This document shows positions 9,279 through 17,467 of a stretch of 64,000 nt of DNA, piece by piece. The stretch is from assembly GCA_016787045.1 (NCBI GenBank), contig JAEUVA010000011.1, forward strand, positions 143,028 through 207,027, written 5' to 3'. Below the pieces are notes generated by a model. It was not told the DNA's origin. It saw only the letters and a list, made by a program, of their open reading frames with translations, and did no database searches. The first letter of the stretch is position 1. Each line of letters opens with the position of its first letter. This DNA is from Chitinophagales bacterium. GTDB lineage: Bacteria > Bacteroidota > Bacteroidia > Chitinophagales > LD1. Position numbers and translations under genes: made by a program.

Positions 9279-9597
9279 TGTTATCGCCACCCCCGATTTT
9301 GTCAAAGAGTTAAAACCACTGGCAAAAAAGTACCCTTCTCTCAAAAATGAACTTTACGAACTTTCTGAATCATTATCCACTAATCCCAGACAGGGTGAAT
9401 CTCTTGGTTTAGATTCATACAAAATACGTTTGGCTATTCAGTCCAAAGGCAAGGGCAAAAGTGGTGGTGGGCGCATTATCACACATGTAGTGGTAGAAGA
9501 AACTCGTGTGTACATTATCTCCATTTACGATAAGTCCTCTCAGTCATCTATCTCTAAAGACGAAATCAAACAACGCATAAAAGCAATCAAAAAATAA
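9268..9597 (+). CDS. RelE/HigB-like type II toxin
   Basis: YKIRLAIQSKGKGKSGGGRIITHVV matches the GKSGG-R core that I associate with RelE/HigB-type toxins. The product is 109 aa. Its stop overlaps the tkt C-subunit ATG (TAATG). Confidence 0.6.
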   Translation: MSYSVIATPDFVKELKPLAKKYPSLKNELYELSESLSTNPRQGESLGLDSYKIRLAIQSKGKGKSGGGRIITHVVVEETRVYIISIYDKSSQSSISKDEIKQRIKAIKK

Positions 9598-10553
9598 TGG
9601 CACTTACCGACTATCCTTCCACCGGAAAAAAAGACACCCGCTCGGGTTTTGGCGCGGGCATTTTGCAACTGGGTCGCACCAACCCCAACGTAGTTGCGCT
9701 GTGTGCAGATTTAGCCGGCTCGCTCAAGTTAGATGATTTTATTAAAGAGTTTCCGGATAGATACATACAGTGCGGAGTAGCCGAAGCTAATATGATAGGC
9801 ATAGCTGCAGGGATGACTATTGGCGGAAAAATTCCGTTTGCCACCACGTTTGCCAACTTTGCCACCGGGCGAGTGTACGACCAAATACGACAAAGCGTGG
9901 CCTACAGCGGCAAAAACGTGAAAATTGCCGCCTCACATGCCGGGCTAACGCTAGGCGAAGATGGTGCCACACACCAGATTTTAGAAGACATCGGGCTCAT
10001 GCAAATGCTGCCGGGCATGGTGGTGATAAACCCCTGCGATTACAACCAAACTAAAGAAGCTACCATTGCGGCTGCTGAATATGTAGGTCCGGTATATCTC
10101 CGTTTTGGCCGCCCGGCCTGGCCCATTTTTATGCCCGAAGGAGGTTTCAAAATCGGCAAAGCCATTTTGATGAATGAAGGCAAAGACGTGAGCATTTTTG
10201 CCACCGGCCACTTGGTGTGGAAAGCCGTTGAAGCCGCCAAACAATTAGAAGCACAAGGGCTGTCTGTAGAACTCATCAACATACACACTATTAAACCGCT
10301 TGATGAAGAAGCTATTTTAAAGTCGGTGGCAAAAACCAAATGCGCAGTAGTGTGCGAAGAGCATAACATAATTGGCGGGCTGGGTTCATCTGTAGCTACT
10401 CTTCTCGCCAAACACGCACCCACTCCATTAGAGTTTGTAGCTGTAAACGACTCTTTTGGCGAGAGCGGAACCCCCGATCAGTTACTTACCAAGTATGGAT
10501 TAGATACGGTTGACGTAGTAAATGCGGTGAGCAGAGCGGTGAAGCGGAAGTAG
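9597..10553 (+). CDS. Transketolase, C-terminal (pyrimidine-binding) subunit
   Basis: Motifs are GVAEANMIGIAAGM, ASHAGLTLGEDGATHQ, INPCDYNQ, NIHTIKPLD. Confidence 0.9.
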   Translation: MALTDYPSTGKKDTRSGFGAGILQLGRTNPNVVALCADLAGSLKLDDFIKEFPDRYIQCGVAEANMIGIAAGMTIGGKIPFATTFANFATGRVYDQIRQSVAYSGKNVKIAASHAGLTLGEDGATHQILEDIGLMQMLPGMVVINPCDYNQTKEATIAAAEYVGPVYLRFGRPAWPIFMPEGGFKIGKAILMNEGKDVSIFATGHLVWKAVEAAKQLEAQGLSVELINIHTIKPLDEEAILKSVAKTKCAVVCEEHNIIGGLGSSVATLLAKHAPTPLEFVAVNDSFGESGTPDQLLTKYGLDTVDVVNAVSRAVKRK

Positions 10554-10647
10554 CACTCTAAACAAAAACGCTTTTACTGATTAATTTCCAGATTGGGCAA
10601 AAGTAGATTCGTCTTGTTTGATAAAATCTATACTTTTAGCCAAACCC

Positions 10648-11460
10648 ATGGCTAAAAGAACTTTTTTTCTTTTTCTGTTATTAAGTATGTGTTTGGTATT
10701 GCCGGCACAACACTTTGTGGCCAATGGCTCCGTATTAAATGCCCGCTACTATAGTAAGGTACCGTACCGCGAACTGTTGAAAGGCAAAAAAAACTATGGC
10801 GCATGGATGATCGTATCGGGCAGAGCGGCCGCCTTGCCACCAATGGGCGAAACTCGTTTAAGATATAGCACCTCCTCCGGCAGTAACGAATACCAGTCGT
10901 CTGGTTGGATGTATGGTTTCACTTCAGGGTTAGAAGGTAAGTTTACGTTTCGTAAAATCTTTTTTGCCAAAGCATTGCTGGGCGGTATGTACCGCAGAGC
11001 TAGTTTTAAAGATTACACTTTTGAAGAGGCCCATTTTATGTTGTCTGTATCTGTGGGCTTCCCGCTGCTCAACCGGTTAGATTTAGATATTGGTTATACC
11101 GGCTTTTTTGGCGATGGTTTGCTGGTGAAAAAAGGGGTCTATGCCACAGGTGTTGATGTAAAAGACATTAATTGCCTGCATATTGGTCTAACTCACCATT
11201 TTTCAAACACCTTCTCTGTTTTTGCAAATGGATTGTTCGGTTTTAAATCCAATGCATTACACTTCAAGTCTGATAATGATGACTCGCCACCGATGGATGT
11301 AGATCTTGGCGCACTAAGCGGCTTGTATGTAGAGCCCTTTTCTCCGGGTAATATGCTGGAGGTAGGTTTGCGTTGGAATATATTTCAAACCCTAAATGTA
11401 GGCGAGATAAGCGAGTCAGTGATTTATGTAAAAACCACCAATAAAAAGATTCGGAGATGA
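10648..11460 (+). CDS. Hypothetical exported protein, outer-membrane beta-barrel-like
   Basis: The signal peptide is MAKRTFFLFLLLSMCLVLPAQ. Alternating aromatic/hydrophobic strands include GYTGFFGDG, LHIGLTHHF, VFANGLFGF, LEVGLRWNIF. Confidence 0.45.
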   Translation: MAKRTFFLFLLLSMCLVLPAQHFVANGSVLNARYYSKVPYRELLKGKKNYGAWMIVSGRAAALPPMGETRLRYSTSSGSNEYQSSGWMYGFTSGLEGKFTFRKIFFAKALLGGMYRRASFKDYTFEEAHFMLSVSVGFPLLNRLDLDIGYTGFFGDGLLVKKGVYATGVDVKDINCLHIGLTHHFSNTFSVFANGLFGFKSNALHFKSDNDDSPPMDVDLGALSGLYVEPFSPGNMLEVGLRWNIFQTLNVGEISESVIYVKTTNKKIRR

Positions 11461-12119
11461 TGGGGCGTTGGTTATTTGTGGGTATGATTTTGTTGTGTGC
11501 GCTTACCGCTCGTTCACAAAAGTTTCGTAAGGGTATTAGTTTGGGGTACGGTATGAGCTATGCTCACACAAGAGAAAAAAATATTTACATAGACGAAAAA
11601 AAATTATCGGTTTTATATGCTAATGAATCAAAGAAGATTGAGCGAATGGTGGCGTATGGAAACGCGGGGGTGGGAGTTCCGTTGCTATTAGACTTGGGCT
11701 CTGTGCAACTGGGCATTGAGCCAAGCGTTTATTTCATACAATACGCCAAGAGCTACCGGAAAGCAAACTCAGAAGTAACCCAATCTGAAAAGTTTACTCA
11801 AGGCATGGTTGCCACGCCAGTTACACTACAGTACACGATGATGCCCAAACGCTACAAATCGCTTTATATTTCTGTAGGATATATGCCCACCTATGCTTTT
11901 GTAAAATCTACCGATCTTGATATTAGCTTACGCAAGCAAACCTTTACCAACATAGTAGATTCTTACCTGTATCTGGAAGGCGGTGTTTCTAACTGGTTTT
12001 TTAAAAAATACAAAGTGGGTAATGGCGACCGCACCTCGTTGTACTGTGCCTTTCGCTTAAATAATATCAATAAAAATACTATCTTATTTTTTGGCGTAAA
12101 AGTTTCTCTTATCCGGTAA
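11457..12119 (+). CDS. Hypothetical exported protein, outer-membrane beta-barrel-like
   Basis: There is an ATGA overlap with the upstream gene. The signal peptide is MMGRWLFVGMILLCALTARSQ. Strand-like segments include ISLGYGMSYAH, LYISVGYMPTYAF, ILFFGVKVSLI. Confidence 0.45.
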   Translation: MMGRWLFVGMILLCALTARSQKFRKGISLGYGMSYAHTREKNIYIDEKKLSVLYANESKKIERMVAYGNAGVGVPLLLDLGSVQLGIEPSVYFIQYAKSYRKANSEVTQSEKFTQGMVATPVTLQYTMMPKRYKSLYISVGYMPTYAFVKSTDLDISLRKQTFTNIVDSYLYLEGGVSNWFFKKYKVGNGDRTSLYCAFRLNNINKNTILFFGVKVSLIR

Positions 12120-13126
12120 TGAAATATCTGTATCCGATCATATTGTTTGTTTTAAGTACCCTATTGCAGTCGTGCTTTAAAGACAACTCCATTTCGTATC
12201 CTTATGACCATTACCCAAACGTGATTCATGCCAGCACTACCGTAGATAGTTTTTCTTCGAAATATGCTCGGGTAAGCGTTAGTCTGGTACCGTTCATTTT
12301 TGATGCTTCATCCGAAAAGTTTCTGCCATATCTTGATTTCGATTCGCTGGTAGTTAGCCCCGGCAACAACTATACCGTCAAGCCATTAGGAATTACTAAC
12401 AACACCTCTCCCCTGCCTCCCACCAATTTATCTCTGATGGTGTTGTTTGATTACTCTGCCGGATCGGGTAAATATTATGACCAACTTACGCCTCCTATTT
12501 TGCATTTGTATCAACAGTTGGGCGCTAATCAAGAGGTGGCTATTGCCATTAACTCCGGCACTCAAGATTCAACATTAAACATCGTTGGCGATGGATTTTA
12601 CAGTAGCTATGCCGAAAAACAAATAGATGAATTTGTGAGTTCTGCCCCCCTGCTGGGTGGTGGCGAAAACCTGATAAAGGGAATAGACAGCGCACTGACT
12701 TACTTGGCTCAACAAGGAAAACATTCCAATAAACAATTGCTCATTATCAGCAACAAACCTTATCTACTTACCTCTTACACCGTGGTCAATGCACTTGTTC
12801 AAAAAGCCAACTCGTTGGGCGTAACCATCAACTTTAAAAATGTTGGATACGCCACCAATATAAACAACTGGTTTTTTGAGGTTAACAAACTGGCCAGCGC
12901 TACAGGTGGATTGTATACCACAAGCGATGCGGACGAACTGTTGGGGCACTCATTAAGCTTGCTTCGCCCCGATAGGCAAACTGTTACAGCTACATTTGAA
13001 ATTATCAGAGCCCAATCGTATTACAACTCGGGGTACTATTATGCTAACGGTTTAGATATCTACTACAAGGCCTATAACACCCACGAATTAGAAGATTTTG
13101 TGCGATTTGTTTTTGAAATACCATGA
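12119..13126 (+). CDS. Lipoprotein with VWA-like domain (degenerate MIDAS)
   Basis: The lipobox is LSTLLQSC. VWA-like positions read MVLFDYSAGSG, GGGENLIKGIDSAL and LLIISNKPY, with the metal ligands partly lost. The start overlaps the upstream stop by 1 nt. Confidence 0.45.
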   Translation: MKYLYPIILFVLSTLLQSCFKDNSISYPYDHYPNVIHASTTVDSFSSKYARVSVSLVPFIFDASSEKFLPYLDFDSLVVSPGNNYTVKPLGITNNTSPLPPTNLSLMVLFDYSAGSGKYYDQLTPPILHLYQQLGANQEVAIAINSGTQDSTLNIVGDGFYSSYAEKQIDEFVSSAPLLGGGENLIKGIDSALTYLAQQGKHSNKQLLIISNKPYLLTSYTVVNALVQKANSLGVTINFKNVGYATNINNWFFEVNKLASATGGLYTTSDADELLGHSLSLLRPDRQTVTATFEIIRAQSYYNSGYYYANGLDIYYKAYNTHELEDFVRFVFEIP

Positions 13127-16100
13127 GTAAACCAAACTTCACTTTCAGCGTTCCCGGCAAAACCATACTACTCATAGTATGGTTATTCTTGCTTTCTGAT
13201 TTACACGCACAGCAACAGCTGGAGGTAACGGTACAAGGCGGCCATACCAGTTATATCCGCAAGATGTGTTTTAGCTCAGACGGTTCTTTATTAGCAAGTG
13301 CTGATGAATCCGGTAAGTTAACAGTATGGAATGTTTCTACCGGATCTCAGCTAAGCAACTCAGCAACCGGATTACGAATATTAAGCATGTTATTTGTTAA
13401 TGATACAACTATAGCATATGCCGGTAAGGATCTGCTTCAGGAAATTATTCCGCAAAAGGAGGTTGTAAAGAAAGGGCTGTTTAACCGCACCAAAGAAGCC
13501 ACCTTAGAAACACCTACTGATTTTATTCTATACAATATCTCTACTGGAGCCAGGCGCGAAACTGCTTCCATAGCAGATTTGATGCCACAATCAACCACCT
13601 ACAGCCAAGACTTTAATCTTATCTACAAAGGCCAAATTGTATATACCCACAGGTACCATGACGAGGCATACACCGATTTTTTTGTTGATGCCGCGAACAA
13701 CCGCATTTATACTAGTTGCTCGGATGGGCGCTACTATGTGATAAGCACCAGCGGAAAAAGAATTAAAAAATCGGGCAGATACCATGCCGGCCAAATGACA
13801 AGTATTGCTGTGTCGGCAAACACAAAGTATATTGCCTCTGCCGGGCAAGACAAAAAAATTGTGGTTTGGGATGGCAGCCGCCACGAGCCGCTAAAAGAGC
13901 TATTGCCCCGCGTAAATGCGATTACTGCACTCACCATAGTACCCGGCAAAAACGAAGTGATGTATGCCGATATCAACGGTCGCCTAAAACTGTTAAACCT
14001 GGCAGATTACAAACTACCGGTTTCCCTTATTTCTTCTAACAAAGTATTTATCGATAAGCTCGCAGCTTCCGGCAAATGGGGCATTGCCGCATCAGATATC
14101 AGCAACAAAATATCCTTTTACAAAAACAGTCAAATAGTAAACACCGTCACCCAGTTTCCCGGCATCAGCAAGCGAATTATTAAAAACAGCAATACATTTA
14201 AAGTAAACAGTAACAGGCATCTTTCGTTTAGCCCCGATTCTTTGGCACTATTGGCCAGTGGTGGGTTTTACAAAAACCGGCTTACGGTTTTCAACCTTCA
14301 AAAAAAGTACCGGTACTCCCCCATTACCGGGCCATACCGCTACAACATAGAGCGGCAAGAGCGCTCTGCATTTTTGACAGACAATACTTTTTTGAGCAGC
14401 GATGGCAAACAGTTTCTTAATTGGGAGTCTTCTAGAACCGGTACGTTTTTCAATGCCAGCGAGCCCAAAATACCTACTTGTCATAATCTGATGTATTATA
14501 GACCTGATACTTGCATTGCAGTATGTAAAAACGCCATATATTCTATTAGCAAAAATCAACTGTTACAGTACCATTTACTAACCGACAAGGTAAATGCCAG
14601 CGCTTACAGTTTGTTACAACACTATAAGTACAACCAATTTGTGGTGTCTAATGCCGGTACTTTACAGTTTGGCAACCGCACTTCCGGTAATTTTGTGTCT
14701 TCCGGCAACTCACATAGTGGCGACATTACCGGCATCTCCTATATTGATAATGGCTCTAAAGTAATTTCCGGGTCAGTAGATGGTACCCTTAAAATTTGGA
14801 ACTCTACTACCGGTGAGTTGATATTAACCGTGTTGCCTATTGATGAAAGCGAACGCATGCTGATTACTCCAGATAACTACTATATGGCCCCTCGCGGGTT
14901 AACCAATGAAGTAGGGTTTAAGCTGGGCATGAATTATTACCCGGCAGAGCAGTTTGACTTGAAGTACAACCGGCCAGATATTGTACTTAGTCGGCTAAAA
15001 GGTGCTGACGACCACCTCATATCACTGCTGCATAACGCTTACAAAAAAAGATTACAACGGTTAGGGTTGACCGAAGAAGAGTTGTCTGCCGAGGCAAACG
15101 TTCCACAAGTAGAGATAAGCAACAAAAAAAGTGTGCCTCTAAGTACTAAAGAAAGCGTACTCAAGTTGGATATACGGGCATCTGATGCTTTGCACCCTCT
15201 CAAAAAAATTAATGTTTGGGTTAACAACGTTCCCATATTTGGCAAGTCGGGGGTGCCTGCAACCGGTAAGTCTTGGGGGAAAAACGGGGTGGCCATACCT
15301 CTCACCCCGGGCAATAACCTAATACAGGTGAGCTGTGTAAACAATGCCGGTGCAGAGTCGCTGCGCGATGCCGTATCGGTAACATACAGCGCATCCAAAC
15401 AAACCTTACCCGATTTATTTATCGTTTCCATCTCGGTATCTGACTATGAAGACAAACGATGGAGCTTAAAATACCCTGTAAAAGATGGAAGAGATATGGT
15501 GGCTACTTTTACCGAAAATAAAAAACTGTTTGGGCAAATACATATAGACACGCTTTTTAATGCTTCGGCTACAACTAAAAATATTGAAGCCCTGAGACAA
15601 AAACTGCTACAGTCAAAAACAAACGATTACATCATCGTATTTTTATCTGGCCATGGGCTCTTGAGCAGCAACGGAGATTTTTATTTTGCTACCTGGGATT
15701 GTAACTTCAACCAACCCGAAAAAAACGGTTTGCCTTTTTTAAGCGTTGAAAATTTACTGGATAGCATCCCCGCTCGCAACAAGCTACTATTAATGGATGC
15801 CTGCCACTCTGGAGAATTAGATAAAACCGACTGGCAGAATCCTTCCGCAACAAAGCAACCCGATGATAAAAACATACAAGGGCTATTATTAAGCAGCGGA
15901 AAAAAAGGAGCAATAGTTGATAATGAAGAAAAGCCCGCATCTCTTCACGGACTCAACAACTCGTTTGAACTAATGAAAGACCTGTTTACCGATGTGAATA
16001 AAGGATCGGGCACTATAGTGATATCTGCGGCCGCAGGCAACAGCTTTGCATTAGAGGGTGACAAATGGAAAAATGGTGTGTTTACCTACAGTTTGTTAGA

Positions 16101-16263
16101 GGGCATAAAAACCCGTAAGGCCGACTTGAATGGAGACAAGCGGATAAATGTGGGAGAACTAAAAGAATATGTTTCTAACCGGGTTTACCAGATAACCGAT
16201 GGCAAGCAAAAGCCCACCTCTCGCCAAGAAAACCTATACAACAATTTTGTTATCTGGAAATGA
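13123..16263 (+). CDS. Exported WD40-repeat / caspase (peptidase C14) domain protein
   Basis: The signal peptide ends in LSDLHAQ. WD40 units include GHTSYIRKMCFSSDGSLLASADESGKLTVWNV and GDITGISYIDNGSKVISGSVDGTLKIWNS. The C-terminal caspase unit has IIVFLSGHG (His codon 15652-15654) and LLLMDACHSGE (Cys codon 15802-15804). Confidence 0.8.
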   Translation: MSKPNFTFSVPGKTILLIVWLFLLSDLHAQQQLEVTVQGGHTSYIRKMCFSSDGSLLASADESGKLTVWNVSTGSQLSNSATGLRILSMLFVNDTTIAYAGKDLLQEIIPQKEVVKKGLFNRTKEATLETPTDFILYNISTGARRETASIADLMPQSTTYSQDFNLIYKGQIVYTHRYHDEAYTDFFVDAANNRIYTSCSDGRYYVISTSGKRIKKSGRYHAGQMTSIAVSANTKYIASAGQDKKIVVWDGSRHEPLKELLPRVNAITALTIVPGKNEVMYADINGRLKLLNLADYKLPVSLISSNKVFIDKLAASGKWGIAASDISNKISFYKNSQIVNTVTQFPGISKRIIKNSNTFKVNSNRHLSFSPDSLALLASGGFYKNRLTVFNLQKKYRYSPITGPYRYNIERQERSAFLTDNTFLSSDGKQFLNWESSRTGTFFNASEPKIPTCHNLMYYRPDTCIAVCKNAIYSISKNQLLQYHLLTDKVNASAYSLLQHYKYNQFVVSNAGTLQFGNRTSGNFVSSGNSHSGDITGISYIDNGSKVISGSVDGTLKIWNSTTGELILTVLPIDESERMLITPDNYYMAPRGLTNEVGFKLGMNYYPAEQFDLKYNRPDIVLSRLKGADDHLISLLHNAYKKRLQRLGLTEEELSAEANVPQVEISNKKSVPLSTKESVLKLDIRASDALHPLKKINVWVNNVPIFGKSGVPATGKSWGKNGVAIPLTPGNNLIQVSCVNNAGAESLRDAVSVTYSASKQTLPDLFIVSISVSDYEDKRWSLKYPVKDGRDMVATFTENKKLFGQIHIDTLFNASATTKNIEALRQKLLQSKTNDYIIVFLSGHGLLSSNGDFYFATWDCNFNQPEKNGLPFLSVENLLDSIPARNKLLLMDACHSGELDKTDWQNPSATKQPDDKNIQGLLLSSGKKGAIVDNEEKPASLHGLNNSFELMKDLFTDVNKGSGTIVISAAAGNSFALEGDKWKNGVFTYSLLEGIKTRKADLNGDKRINVGELKEYVSNRVYQITDGKQKPTSRQENLYNNFVIWK

Positions 16264-16407
16264 TTCTCACTAATATATAATTTACAATATGTGTGCGTTG
16301 TAAATGATATGCTAATTATTGCTGTTTATCGTTAATCGGGTAATTTGGGTAGCCACTTCCAAATACAAGCGCAGAGATTAACTTCGCCACACTAAAAAAT
16401 ATTGACA

Positions 16408-17115
16408 ATGGGTCGTGCATTTGAATACCGCAAAGAGAGGAAAATGAAACGCTGGGGCGCTATGGCTAAAGCGTTTACCAGAATTGGAAAAGATATTGCC
16501 ATTGCTGTAAAATCTGCCGGACCCGACCCCGATACAAACGCCCGCCTGCGTGCCTGCATTGCCAACGCCAAGGCCGTAAACATGCCTAAGGACCGCGTAG
16601 AGAACGCCATTAAGCGCGCTGTATCTAAAGACACTGCAGACTACGAGGAGCTAACCTACGAGGGCTACGGGGCACATGGTGTAGCCATTGTTATAGATAC
16701 CGCTACCGATAACCCCACCCGCACCATTGCCAACCTACGCGCCATTTGCAACAAAAACGGTGGCGCTATAGGCACCTCCGGCTCGGTGGAATACATGTTT
16801 AAGAAGAAGGCCTATTTTAAGTTTAGCAAAGGCAATTGGAATTTAGAAGAATTAGAATTAGAACTAATAGATGGAGGCCTCTCTGAACTCACCGAAGACG
16901 AAGGCACCATTACCGCCTATGCTGATTTTACCGACTTCGGAAACCTTGCTAAAACATTAGAAGCCAAGGGGATTGAAGTAGCAGAGAGTGGCTACGAAAA
17001 AATTCCGGATTTCTACAAAGAACTCAGCGATACCGAAGCCGAAGAGGTGATTAAGCTGATTGAGAAATTAGAGGACGATGACGATGTGCAGCAGGTGTTT
17101 CATAATATGAAGTAA
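16408..17115 (+). CDS. yebC: YebC/PmpR family DNA-binding regulator
   Basis: The N-terminus MGRAFEYRKERKMKRWGAMAKAFTRIGKDI and the motifs NMPKDRVENAIKRA and YEGYGAHGVAIV fit the family. I prefer the ATG at 16408. Confidence 0.9.
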   Translation: MGRAFEYRKERKMKRWGAMAKAFTRIGKDIAIAVKSAGPDPDTNARLRACIANAKAVNMPKDRVENAIKRAVSKDTADYEELTYEGYGAHGVAIVIDTATDNPTRTIANLRAICNKNGGAIGTSGSVEYMFKKKAYFKFSKGNWNLEELELELIDGGLSELTEDEGTITAYADFTDFGNLAKTLEAKGIEVAESGYEKIPDFYKELSDTEAEEVIKLIEKLEDDDDVQQVFHNMK

Positions 17116-17121
17116 CCTTTA

Positions 17122-17175
17122 TTATTGGCTGCTTTTAAAGTCCTTCACCATCCACTCCAAGGTCACCTTTACTTA
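17122..17175 (-). pseudogene. Orphan remnant of a recJ 3' end
   Basis: The minus strand reads (stop)VKVTLEWMVKDFKSSQ(stop). The intact recJ ends in GKVSLEWMVKDLRSTPTTY. The 20-nt TCCTTCACCATCCACTCCAA at 17141-17160 is identical to 23384-23403. Confidence 0.55.
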
Positions 17176-17361
17176 GGAGCCGGATTTCTACACGGCAACA
17201 CAACTTTTCAAATCTCTCTACGCGAAGACTTGTAAGAATTTGTATTCTTTTTCTTGTTCCACATTTAGCTTTCGCAATTTTCTGTCGTGGTGGAATTATT
17301 TTTTGTAAATCTGGAAATATTATTTATATATTTAACTATTCATCCACCAAAATACAAACCT

Positions 17362-17448
17362 ATGAAACCAGCATTACTTAGCAGAGGGGGGGGGCAAGAG
17401 TTTAAAGATAATTCTCTATTTTTTCATTCTTGTACAGCTAAAAGTTAA
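17362..17448 (+). other. Orphaned ATG and first residues of the signal-peptide region of the downstream giant ORF, frameshifted at a G9 tract
   Basis: ATG 17362 gives MKPALLSRGGG and then stops at 17446-17448. After the G tract the +1 frame reads KSLKIILYFFILVQLKVNPVLSQA/LPNLGS, continuous with the ORF at 17468. Confidence 0.6.
17386..17394 (+). repeat. Poly-G tract (G9), candidate slipped-strand switch
   Basis: The sequence is AGA GGGGGGGGG CAA. A length of G8 or G11 would put ATG 17362 in frame with the 1385-aa ORF. Confidence 0.8.
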
Positions 17449-17467
17449 TCCGGTATTATCGCAGGCC

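Noticed and set aside
10648-12119. The small proteins upstream of the caspase gene as bacterial gasdermin candidates
   Set aside because: Both start with cleavable Sec signal peptides and show outer-membrane beta-strand patterns. Described bacterial gasdermins are cytoplasmic with an N-terminal lipidated Cys. The caspase itself also carries a signal peptide.
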